In this document: positions 1 through 10,299 of the stretch, piece by piece
Layout of the letters: every line of letters starts with the position of its first letter
Numbering within the stretch: position 1 is the stretch's first letter
Source of the DNA: Octopus sinensis
Taxonomy: Eukaryota
DNA length: 49,716 nt
Direction: 5' to 3'
NCBI RefSeq assembly: GCF_006345805.1
Contig: NW_021835063.1
Span: forward strand, 1-49,716
Position numbers and translations under genes: made by a program
The notes under the pieces: generated by a model
What the model was told of the DNA's origin: nothing
The model's database searches: none
The model's input: only the letters and a program-made list of their open reading frames with translations

Positions 1-292
1 ATTGCGCTCAATTTGATATGTAGATACCGACGGTATAAGGGCGTTGATAAGTCTTGAAAAATTACAAAAACGATTCCAGGTGAGAATGCGATCCATAAAG
101 CTGTGGAACGTGCATTTGTAAAATCGTTTCTCTTGGAATAGAAAAAGTCTGTCTTTATTTATTCTTTGCTGGTGTCCCAAATTTAGGTTAAATTGTGTTT
201 CTCAATGGGGAGGCTATGGGACGGTCGGACAAGTTGTTTTGAGAAAATTTTGGTTTAAATGTTTTACAACTCAGCACCGTTTTGCTTGTATG

Positions 293-338
<46 letters not shown>

Positions 339-521
339 GAGAACGAAAATGGAGACAAAAGCACAGGATGTTATTAGCGACTTATATGTTTCAATGATTA
401 CATTAGAATTAATCCGTGAGGAAAAAATGAGGTGGAGTAATGCATCAATCTCATCAGGGGAGACATTATAAATAACACTGTTCATTAATTACCCATTTTT
501 AAAATGTAAGAATATAATATA

Positions 522-570
522 CTAGCAGAGATACCCGGCGTTGCTTGGGGTTAAAATGGCATAGTTTTTT
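522..570 (-). mobile_element. Helitron-type 3' terminus (isolated fragment)
   Basis: Minus strand reads CCCCAAGCAACGCCGGGTATCTCTG-CTAG|T: a GC hairpin followed by CTAG, resembling the 3' ends at 42349 and 47358. Confidence 0.5.
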
Positions 571-584
571 TATGTTTTTTTTTG

Positions 585-870
585 TTCAGTCATGTGACTG
601 TGACCATGCTAGAGCACCACTTTTAGTCGAACTAATCGATCCCAAGATTTATTCTTTATAAGCGTAATACTTATTCTATCGGTGTCTTTTGCCGAACCGC
701 TACGTAAACGGGGACGTAAACGCAGCAATATCAGTTGTCAAACGGTGGTATGGGTTCAAACAGTCACATAAACACAGTCACACACACAAATATACACATA
801 TATACGACACTCTTCTTTCAGTTTCCATGTATGAAATTCACTCACAAGGCGTGGTCACGCTATGGCTACA
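585..870 (-). mobile_element. Degenerate tRNA-derived SINE, family B
   Basis: Aligns by eye with the better copies at 34325-34665 and 35695-36075 (TACTTATTCTATCGG..TTTTGCCGAACCGCTA..GGGGACGTAAAC; CTTCTTTCAGTTTCC). Confidence 0.65.
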
Positions 871-911
871 GTATATATATGAATAGTATATATATATAAA
901 ACGTGGATAGA

Positions 912-1200
912 GAACGCTAGTAATTTTTTAAAATACCGTTAAAAATTGGAAAAACACACTTTCAGCTATTTCAAATGACATCTGCTCCTTTTTGTCTAAT
1001 AATATCTGTAACTTTCACTTTATTCTTTTCAATCCATACATCCTATTCTTTCCTTTATCATTTCTATCCATTTGCCATTCACCTTTCTATTTATTTAGTC
1101 CTCCATTACTTCTTTAATTTTCTTTTCTTTCTTCCTTCTCTTCCTCTCTCGACTCATGATGTCAAATTTCTGAACGGTATTTAAAAAATTACCCACGTTC
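912..1200. repeat. Pair of ~35-bp inverted repeats about 290 bp apart (MITE-like or inverted terminal duplication)
   Basis: GAACGCTAGTAATTTTTTAAAATACCGTTAAAAATT (912-947) is close to the reverse complement of 1165-1200 (GAACGTGGGTAATTTTTTAAATACCGTTCAGAAATT). No clear TSD. Confidence 0.55.
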
Positions 1201-1415
1201 AACGAACGAGAACAACATGCCAAGGAGAACTGAATACATCTAGTGGGGTATCGTTTTTACACCAAGCACCTAAAGTGACTAAGCCGGCACCGATTGATGC
1301 AACAGAACTAAAGGCACAATATCCTAGCCCTCCGGAACAGCTGCAGGATTGATCGAAACGATCGTCGTGCTGAATAAAAGATTCGTTCTAAATCCATCTT
1401 CCGTTTACTTCATCA
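1201..1415 (+). mobile_element. Putative Penelope-like-element (PLE)-derived terminal repeat with a decayed hammerhead-like motif
   Basis: GAAA-CG-AT-CG-TC (palindromic stem III, GUC triplet) at 1355-1366, then AATAAA, ending in (TA)n. The 3' end is repeated at ~1541-1585. The left core is degenerate (CTCCGGA). Confidence 0.35.
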
Positions 1416-1589
1416 ATTATATATATATATACATACATACATACATACATACATACATACATACACACATACATATATATATATGGGTACAAACACAGTC
1501 ACACACACACACACACACCACACACACACACGCCCGCACACTAAAGATCCGTACTAAATTCATCTTCCGTTCCCTTCATCAATTATATA

Positions 1590-1630
<41 letters not shown>

Positions 1631-1726
1631 ATAATATATACATACATACATACATATATATATATGGGTACAAACACTCTCACACACACACGCCCGCACG
1701 CACGCACACACACACACACACACACG

Positions 1727-1758
<32 letters not shown>

Positions 1759-1820
1759 ACTCCAAGAAAGTTAGAGGTTGTAAATCCAACCAACTAAGGG
1801 ATAATATCTATCCAATATTC
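1759..1820 (+). repeat. Unclassified interspersed repeat next to (TA)n
   Basis: AAGAAAGTTAG.GGTTGT...CCAAC..ACTAAGGGATAATA.CTATCCAATAT recurs at ~13143-13205. Confidence 0.65.
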
Positions 1821-2284
1821 TGCTGGTAGACTACCCAATTAATAATACACAAGTGTTTTTTCATTGCATTGCAATTACATTACCAAGTGTACTAAATGGG
1901 TGAGGGTAAAGAGTTATTTTACCATTAATTTATAGAGCAATAAGAAAATGGAGTGGATCAATAGGTGGTTCATCAACTTTTAGACATTATACTATGTCAA
2001 CTACAATTTATCTACTATTTATCTACTAAAATGACAATTATTTATCTACTAAACTTTATCTACTATTTATCTACTAAAATGACAATTACAAGAATATACA
2101 AACATGTAAAACATAATTACTGGTATTTTTATATATTAATATATTTTAAATGTAAAGCATAATATGTTATACATGTATGTATATTCTTCTAATTGTCATT
2201 TTAGTAAGTAAACGAATAAGTTGACATGATATAATGTCTAAAAGTTGATGAACCACCTATTGATCCCCTCCATCTTCTTATTGC

Positions 2285-2349
<65 letters not shown>

Positions 2350-2519
2350 ATGGAAAAATTTTTCCATTGTTATGACTTAACAGCCCTCATCGTTTGTTTT
2401 AACTGTGTTATTCTCCTTGTCCTGTCTTTTACTGTTTTTATTTGTATTGATTTTACTGTCTTGTTTTGTTTTTACTGTCCTGTTCTTGTTACCACTTTTA
2501 CCCCTCCGCAAAAAATCCC

Positions 2520-2800
2520 AAATTTTGTTTAATTTGCTTTGCGGGAAGGATTGTTTCAACGAAGTTGCGTCTTGTCCTTACCTTCGAAAAGCGGAGTAGA
2601 TGAAACAGGGACAACTGAAGAAGGGGAATATTCCTTGTGTTGTATGTCTTGTACTCTGTTTTTTTACGTTGTTTGAAAAAAAGTTCGTTTCCATGTTTTT
2701 GTTTTTATGTTTTCATTTCTCATTGTGTTCAACGTTTTTTTAATGTCCTGTACTCATATATGCGTGTATATATACATATAGATGTAGGTATGTACATATA
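2520..2800 (+). mobile_element. Interspersed repeat family X (probably PLE-derived)
   Basis: Homologous to 37085-37345 (+) and 43290-43525 (-): GAAACAG.GACAACTGA.GAAGG.GAAT..TT..GTGTTGTATGTCTTG...CTCATTGTGTTCAACGTTTTT. Ends in (TA)n. Confidence 0.65.
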
Positions 2801-2904
2801 GTATGTATTATGCATATATTTATATATTATTTATGTTAGCATATAATATATATATATATATATAATATATATTATATATATATATATAATTTTTATATAG
2901 AAGG

Positions 2905-2955
2905 AGCTTCTACAGGACTAGAACTGTTTCATTCAAGAGAAATCTTCAGGAAGCT
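2905..2955 (-). ncRNA. Type I hammerhead ribozyme motif (mirror copy in the left arm)
   Basis: Identical to the plus-strand motif because the locus is a perfect palindrome. Confidence 0.8.
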
Positions 2956-3002
2956 TCCTGAAGATTTCTCTTGAATGAAACAGTTCTAGTCCTGTAGAAG
3001 CT
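2952..3002 (+). ncRNA. Type I hammerhead ribozyme motif
   Basis: AGCTTC-CTGAAGA-TTTC(TCTT)GAAT-GAAA-CAG(TTCTAGTC)CTG-TA-GAAGCT. Stem I is 6 bp, both core segments are intact, stem III is 4 bp, and the GUA triplet predicts cleavage after 2996. The 10.1-11.1 pair is U.U (non-canonical). Confidence 0.8.
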
Positions 3003-3082
3003 CCTTCTATATAATAAATTATTTTACTCTGCTATGTATTGAGTACCTATTTACTGTGTTAACCCCGAATCAACCCGGGACC

Positions 3083-3126
<44 letters not shown>

Positions 3127-3139
3127 ATATTATATATAG

Positions 3140-3375
<236 letters not shown>

Positions 3376-3559
3376 ATATATATATATATATATATATACC
3401 ACTAATTTATCAACAGTCCTGCCAGGTTCCTGACCCGGTTACAGCACTTTAAGACTCTCGCAAAACAACTTTCATTGGGGAGTATTTCGTGTACTGAAAC
3501 ACCTCCTGGTTTTTAAATGGCGCAGGCGATAAAAAAAGGTAAAGAAAAAGGTGATATAC

Positions 3560-4186
3560 CATTATTAAAACCCTACTCCCTTTACATCCTAAATCACTCA
3601 CATCAACACAAACATACGTACCTACCTCATCAAATCAACTATAATAATTTTTCCAGACATCACCTTCTGCTCCGCACATCTAACTACCACAACCCGTTGC
3701 CAAAACAATTCCTTCGCCACCCCGACAGCTTTCCTAGGACCACCTACCAATTATCATCACCACCTCACGCTAACACTTCGATGAAGTAAGCAAAAACCAC
3801 TTTAACACACTTCAAAAAGCACAATGGAACCAGTTCCATCAAGAATCGGAATCAAGGTTGTTTTTTTTTTTTTTTTCAAAATTCAACCTCGCCACAATCA
3901 TCGACATAGAAACAGTGCAGTACATACATTAAAAAAATTATAGGCACTTCTGAAAAAACAAAAACAAAAACAAACAAACACACTAAAAGACATTTCCCAT
4001 AAGGCAACATAAATATATACAACCCCAATTACACATCAGAAATAGCTAACCTCATAAAAACTTCAAACAACATATACTAAAAATCACACACAACCGAAAT
4101 AAGACTCAAAATCAAACCAACGAAACGAAAAAATATCACAAATAACTCACACACACACACACATACATATGTAAATATATGTACGT

Positions 4187-4230
<44 letters not shown>

Positions 4231-4281
4231 GTATGTTTGTAATATTATATATATGTATAAGTATATGTATGTATGTATATA

Positions 4282-4353
<72 letters not shown>

Positions 4354-4960
4354 GCACACAAATATACACACATACACGCATATATAATATATATTACACA
4401 TATACATCCAAACAAACATACATACATACATTCATACACACAAGCATACATGCATATATATATATATATATATATATATACGTGTGTGTATATATCTATT
4501 TTATATATATATATATTATCTATATATATATATATATATTATATATATATATATATAATATATACGTGTATATATATATATAATATATAATACTTACTAA
4601 TGAACTATAGGCGAATGGAAGACTGGCAAAATATTTGCGTCGGACATAAAGTGCAAAACACACAACACTAAAATAGTATATAGGAGAAATTAGCATCGTC
4701 ATTTAAACAGCAACAACACCACATACCTCTTACCTCGTTGTCACAATAACAACCTCAAATAGAATACCCATACTGCAACACTAAGCAAACAACCTTATTA
4801 GTCATTTCTTGAAAATTAGCCACAAAACAAAAAAAAAAGTTTTAAAAAGCTACAAATACAGAAGGCAGGAACACAAAACACGGTTTCGACATGTTGCACT
4901 CACCGTATTGTCCAATGCAAATTGCTCAAGCTAGAAATGTGTTCTTCCCTGGTTTGTATA
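3560..4960 (+). pseudogene. Decayed LINE ORF2 fragment (end of APE and linker; I/Jockey-like), interrupted by microsatellite at ~4140-4590
   Basis: Cross-frame translation gives FPDITFCSAHL, LS*DHLPIII (SDH motif) and QKAQWNQF (KAxWxxF), in the order expected after an APE domain. Confidence 0.55.
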
Positions 4961-5024
4961 AATCTATTATATTCTCTGGTTACTGCTAATGACGGTTATT
5001 GAGTCAGAAACGTGTATCTCCCAC

Positions 5025-5438
5025 GGCGAGCTGGCAGAAACGTTTGCACGCCGGGCGAAATGCGTAGCCATATCTCGTCTGCCGTTACTTTCTGAGTTCA
5101 AATTCCGCCGAGGTCGACTTTGCCTTTCATCCTTTCGGGGTCGATAAATTAAGTACCAGTTACGCACTGGGGTGTCGATGTAATCGACTTAATTCGTTTG
5201 TCTGTCCTTGTTTGTCCTCTCTGTGTTTAGCCCCTTGTGGGTTGTAAAGAAATAGGTATTTCGTTTGCCGCTACGTTCTGAGTTCAAATTCCGCCGAGGT
5301 CGACTTTGCCTTTCATCCTTTCGGGGTCGATAAATTAAGTACCAGTTACGCACTGGGGTCGATGGAATCGACTTAATTCGTTTGTCTGTCCTTGTTTGTC
5401 CCCTCTATGTTTAACCCCTTGTGGGCAATAAAGAAATA
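5025..5438 (+). mobile_element. Dimeric SINE, family A, with 19-bp TSD
   Basis: Head GGCGAGCTGGCAGAAACG, then two bodies each ending ...CCCCTTGTGGG...TAAAGAAATA. TSD AGAAACGTGTATCTCCCAC at 5006-5024 and 5439-5457. Confidence 0.9.
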
Positions 5439-5624
5439 AGAAACGTGTATCTCCCACTGTCCTTTTATTTCTAGACGATAAGTATGTCATTTTCGTTAAT
5501 AGTGGTTGTGGTTGTGATGGTGGTGGTGGTGGTTGTGTGTGTGTGGGGGGGTTGTGATGGTTGTGGTGGTGGTGGTCGTCGTCGTGGTCATCGTCGTCGT
5601 CGTCGTCATCGTTATCGTCATCAT

Positions 5625-5835
5625 AATGGTTTTAAATTTTGGTACAAGGCCAGCAATTTCGTAGAAGGGATTCAGTCGATTACCTCGATCCCAGTGCTTA
5701 ACTTGAACTTATTTCTTCGACCAAGAAAGGATGAAAGGCAAAGTTAACCTCGGCGGAATTTGAACTCAGAACGTAAAGACGGACGAAATGCCGCTAAGCA
5801 TTTTGTCCGGTGCGGTAACGATTTTGCCAGCTCGA
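5625..5835 (-). mobile_element. SINE family A copy
   Basis: Reverse complement of the family A consensus (GAAAGGCAAAGT..ACCTCGGCGGAATTTGAACTCAGAACGTAA). Confidence 0.85.
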
Positions 5836-5844
5836 GTCGTTATC

Positions 5845-6440
5845 ATCAAAATAATAATAACAACAACAACAACAACAAGAATCAAAGGCAACATCACCAA
5901 CAAACAACCAATAATAATGACCACCACGTCAATAGCAGAGGCCAATATCAACAATATAAAATAAGCTACAACAACGATGATAACAGCAAAAACAACAACA
6001 GCAGCAGCAGCAAGAGCAACAACAACAGGAACAACAACAACAGCAAGAACAACAACAACAACAACAATGGCAACAACAATAACAATAACAGCGACAACAA
6101 CAACAAAAACAACTACAACAACAGCAGCAGCAGCAACAACAATCACCACAACAACAACGACAAGGAGAAGAAGAACAACAACACAACAAGAACAACTACA
6201 AAAACAAGGAGGAGGGGGAGGAGGAGGAGGAGGAGAATAAGAAGAAGAAGAAGAAGAAGAAGAAAAGAAGAAAAAGAAGAAGAAGAAAAAGAAAACGAAG
6301 AAGAAGAACAACAATAACAATGGCAACAGCAACAGTAACAGCGAGAACAACAGCAACAACAAGAACACCAACAGTACCATAAACAACATCAGCAAGAGGT
6401 GTAATGGCGGCCACAAAAAGGAGCGGCAACAAGGAAATAC
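5845..6440. repeat. Trinucleotide low-complexity tract (AAC/AGC/GGA/GAA)n
   Basis: Seen directly. Source of the poly-N/T/C/V pseudo-ORFs. Confidence 0.9.
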
Positions 6441-6605
6441 GAAACTAAACAAACAACTATAAAACCCGACCAGGATTTAATAAAAAGAAATCAAATAAAA
6501 ATACAATAATCAAAAATAAAAAAAAAGAAAAGACCGAACGAAGAGACAAAAAAATGGAGGAAGAAAAGCAACAGAAAAAGTCTAAATGCAGAAAGGTGAG
6601 CAAAT

Positions 6606-6705
6606 AGCTCTGTGGTTAGGAGGCTCGTATTGGAACCACTTGGTTACGGTACCGATACCAATGTGTCCCATCTTGACCAAATGTCTTTTGATTATAGCTT
6701 GTATT
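6606..6705 (+). mobile_element. Old SINE family B head fragment
   Basis: AGCTCTGTGGTTAGGAGGCT...AACCAC.TGGTT...CTTGACCAAATGTCTT...TATAGC is a diverged match to the family B head. Confidence 0.5.
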
Positions 6706-7239
6706 AAGGAGGCGGGCTGCGGAATCGTTACTGCGCCGGAATATTTTTCTGTTTGACTCATACTTTTTGAAATTTTAAAATTAAATGAAAATTTTCAAAT
6801 TTGGTATATTGGTGTAATTTCTCATGCTGAATCTTTATTCAATTGTTCCGGTAAAATTTGAAGAAAATTTTACAATGGTTTTAAAGTTTGATTAGTTTTT
6901 AACCCAATCAGAAAACAGGATTTGGAAGTTGGTATTTTGTGCGTGATGACAACATTACGACAAGACGTTCAACGACGGAAGGTTAAATAAGTCTCATTGA
7001 ATAAAGTCATGTAAAAGGTTGGATCAGGCATGTAAACAATACACACACACACACACCACACCACACCACACCACACCACACGCACACACACACACACACA
7101 CAAATCCTTAATTACATTTTTTTGTGTATGAAAAATCACAAAAAAAACTCAAAAAAACTGAGCGACAAGTTACAAAAAACAAACTTGTTCACTTCATGTA
7201 AACAATACATGTTTTGTGGCGAAAATTCCCAAACGAAAG

Positions 7240-7660
7240 TTTGCGATGCATTCTAAGAGTTTGTCAAACAAATTACAATTTTCGCATCTTCTGCATTACA
7301 TAAACTCACAAGAATACGAGACAACCTTAGAACTGTGGGTGTCACAACGTCCTTTTTTTCTTCATTTTACAGAGGCCCGTCTGTTTTCCACTTGTAGCAT
7401 TTGGGTACCATCATTCGAGTTAAAAAACACAACGCTATGTTGAAAGTTGTAGCCATCGTTTTCAGGAATGTGACAGTCGGCCCTCCACAAGGCACTGAAA
7501 ATTAAAATTGTGGTTCTTGGAAGAATCGACTGACGTATGCATTCCTCCAGTGTGTCGCGATTCCGACATGGCACCGCATAAAGAAAAAACCATGTCTGGT
7601 CTCGTGACACACTCCTCCGAAAACCCACTGCTCAGGAAACACCCTTCCTCGGTTAGCAGA
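7240..7660 (-). pseudogene. Merlin (IS1595/ISXO2-like DDE) transposase relic
   Basis: Cross-frame translation gives NRGRVFPEQWVFGGVCHETR..FLYAVPCRNRDTLEECIRQSILPRTTI...GYNFQHSVVF...QVENRRASVK, matching the Merlin pattern NRGR..QWVFGG...ILPGTTI.SD...VNHS...IE. Frameshifted; TIRs not resolved. Confidence 0.8.
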
Positions 7661-7984
7661 CTATACCTTGGCTTGTTTCTATGAAAACAGGCGCCAATAT
7701 ATATGTGGCTTTCGAATGGCTAAAATTATCCAAAATTTGCAAACTTTAAAAGCTATTAACGTTTTATTTATTAAGTCACTGCATGAATGAAATTCATTTT
7801 TATAATTAGCATACAAAACTACATCAATACACCGAGTCTGAAATCATTTGGAACAAGATTAAAGAAATTGCGAAGCGTGAACCAAACAGAAAAGAACCCC
7901 GAGTCGTACAAAATGCTTAGCGGCGTTTCGTACGGCTCTTTACATTCTGTGTTCAAATTCCGCCGAAGTCGAGGAAATCGCCCT

Positions 7985-8125
7985 CAGGACTTATTCTTTG
8001 CAAGCCTAGTACTTATTCTATCGGTCTCTTTTGCCAAACGCTAAGTGACGGGGACGTATACACACCAGATCGGTTGTCAAGCTTTGTTGGGGGGGGGGGA
8101 CAAATACACACACACACACAGATAT

Positions 8126-8207
<82 letters not shown>

Positions 8208-8362
8208 TTATATACGACGGGCTTCTTTCAGTTTCTGTCTACCAAATCCACTCACAAGGCTTTGGTCGGCCCGAGGCACTTGCCCAAGGTTCCACGCAGT
8301 GGGACTGAACCCGGAACCATGTGGCTGGTAAGCAAGCTACTTACACCAGAGCCACTCCTACA
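7985..8362 (-). mobile_element. SINE family B copy with internal (CA)/(TA) microsatellite
   Basis: The reverse complement carries a tRNA-like head (TGTAAGTAGCTTGCTTACCAGCCACATGGTTCCGGGTTCAGTCCCACTG), CCTTGGGCAAGTG and the family B tail. Confidence 0.85.
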
Positions 8363-8559
8363 CCGTGGAGCCCTTTAAAACTAGTTTTATAGTTTTATAT
8401 ATACTTCTTTCAAAATTCCTATGAAGTATGTAAAAGCGTTAGAGAAAGAAACCTGGCTCTTTCTTGCAATAGATACATTTTGAATCAAAATTTTACATGG
8501 GCACTTGAAATAAAACTTGATCCTGAGTTTACTATTTTGCTAGCGTGGTCCCCCAATCC

Positions 8560-8900
8560 AAACCTTATGCGGACTTCCAGGGGTCATATAGACGCCGGTT
8601 CAGAACCACCGGCATTGACAGACAGATTCAACATCCACATTGAAAAGGATATGGGAAGGGCTTGGAGGGAAGGAGAAAAAAATTAAATAGATGGAAGGCG
8701 TGTTTGTTGTCATGGTTGTATGATGGAATAACTGCTTAGCAAGGGTGAGAAAAGCTGGTCGAGATAAGGGCAGATGCAGGTGGAAACGACAGCGTGACCC
8801 GGGAATATATTAGCCTTACAGACCTTAGGGGCGGGGAAGTAGAATGTGGAGGTATGTGGGTAATAACGATGAAGATGATATTTACAAAGAGAGAAGAGAA
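8560..8900 (-). pseudogene. Penelope-like element reverse transcriptase fragment
   Basis: PHTSTFYFPAPKVCKANIFPGHAVVSTCICP..YLDQLFSPLL and, after a frameshift, ILFNVDVESV. These correspond to the PLE RT pattern P.T..FY.LPK.HK...PGRP.VS...P...YLD..L.P....LF..DV.SLY. Confidence 0.7.
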
Positions 8901-9096
8901 ATGAGTTGGGGCCTTGGTGCAAGACACGGGTTGTTAGTTACAGGGAATAGGGATACAGTCGGGGGGTAATTTACGTGGAATTAGTGGTTAAGGAGCTGCC
9001 GAAGCGCTTCGCCCTCAGAAATCAGACCACCATTACTGCTACAATACCACGACACCGCTGTTTTCGCTTGCGTCCCCTTTTCTCTGTCTTTCACTC

Positions 9097-9144
<48 letters not shown>

Positions 9145-9432
9145 TAATTATATTGACTTTGCACTCTTGTTCGGTGTTCTGAAGTTTTGTATTTGCTCTC
9201 TTTTTCTTCTCTTTTTACTTTATTTTTCTCGTGACTATTTTGATGGCTATCTATCTACCTATCTACCCATCTATCTATCTATCCATCTATCTATCCATTT
9301 ATCTACCTACCTATCCTACCCTACATATACATACATACATACATGTAATCATACATACTCTCACATGCACACATGTTTGCGTATGTGTATGTAATATATA
9401 CACTTATATATATATATTGTTATATATATATA

Positions 9433-9479
<47 letters not shown>

Positions 9480-9900
9480 TGCCTTTCAGCTCTGACCTCG
9501 TCGTGTTAACATCGTTGTTCTTCGTCCGCGCTATAAGGCTTTTTCCAATGCGCCAGAGAAAAATTTGTTTGCTTGTTATCAGTCGTAAGACACTTGTTGT
9601 TTTCCGTAATGCTTCTGTATTCATGTTTGTATTCCATTATTGTTTTTTGTTTTTTTTATATCTGTCCCTTTTGCTGTCCTGGTGTTCGTATGCATTCGAT
9701 CCTTCTTCCAGGAAATCTACGCTTCCAGCTTAGTTTTCTTGGAGGGCTGGCCGTGATCTAGTATCTCAAGATTAATCAGCCGAAATTACTACGATGATCC
9801 GGTTCTTGACTGAAGAGGAGGGGTTCGAATGTCCTGTCCATGTTTATTGTATGTCTTCTATGAGTTATACGTTCTTGTCCATGTGTATTTTTCTACATAC
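9480..9900 (+). mobile_element. Interspersed repeat family Y
   Basis: Colinear similarity with ~47990-48365 (TAAGGCT, AAGACAC.TGTTGTT, GGAATCTA, GGGCTGGCC, ATCAGCCGA, GACTGA.GA, TTCGAATG). Flanked by (TA)n. Confidence 0.6.
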
Positions 9901-9941
9901 TTAATATATATATATATATATATACATACATACAAATACAT

Positions 9942-10033
<92 letters not shown>

Positions 10034-10053
10034 TATACCTATCTATCTATCTA

Positions 10054-10091
<38 letters not shown>

Positions 10092-10299
10092 CATACATAC
10101 AAATACATACATATATAATATATCATCATCATCATCATCATCATCATCATTAGCGTCCGTTTCCATGCTAGCATGGGTTGGACGGTTCAACTGGGGTCTG
10201 GGGAGCCCGAAGTCTGCACCAGGCCAGTCCAGTCAGATATGGCAGTGTTTCTACAGCTGGATGCCCTTCCTAACGCCAACCACTCCGGAGTGTAGTGGG

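Larger units (their letters stand above)
2893..3014. repeat. Perfect 122-bp palindrome (61-bp arms, no spacer, centre AAG|CTT at 2953/2954)
   Basis: Arms checked base by base as exact reverse complements. Confidence 0.95.

Noticed and set aside
379-457. Minus-strand CTGATGA...GAAAC-ATATAA-GTC
   Set aside because: Stem I does not pair, and the ~57-nt stem II region lacks a closing helix.
2590-2650. CTGAAGA/CTGATGA in family X (also ~37170 and ~43470)
   Set aside because: No downstream GAAA, and the upstream GAAA cannot form the stems needed for a type II or III permutation.
6715-6740. Possible Merlin terminal inverted repeat (GGAATCGTTACTGCGCC)
   Set aside because: No matching partner or TSD was found on the other side of the transposase relic.
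9950-10055. Inverted (GATA)n-GGTA-(TA)n-TACC-(TATC)n arrangement
   Set aside because: Self-complementarity is expected from simple repeats at this density, and no unique sequence is involved.
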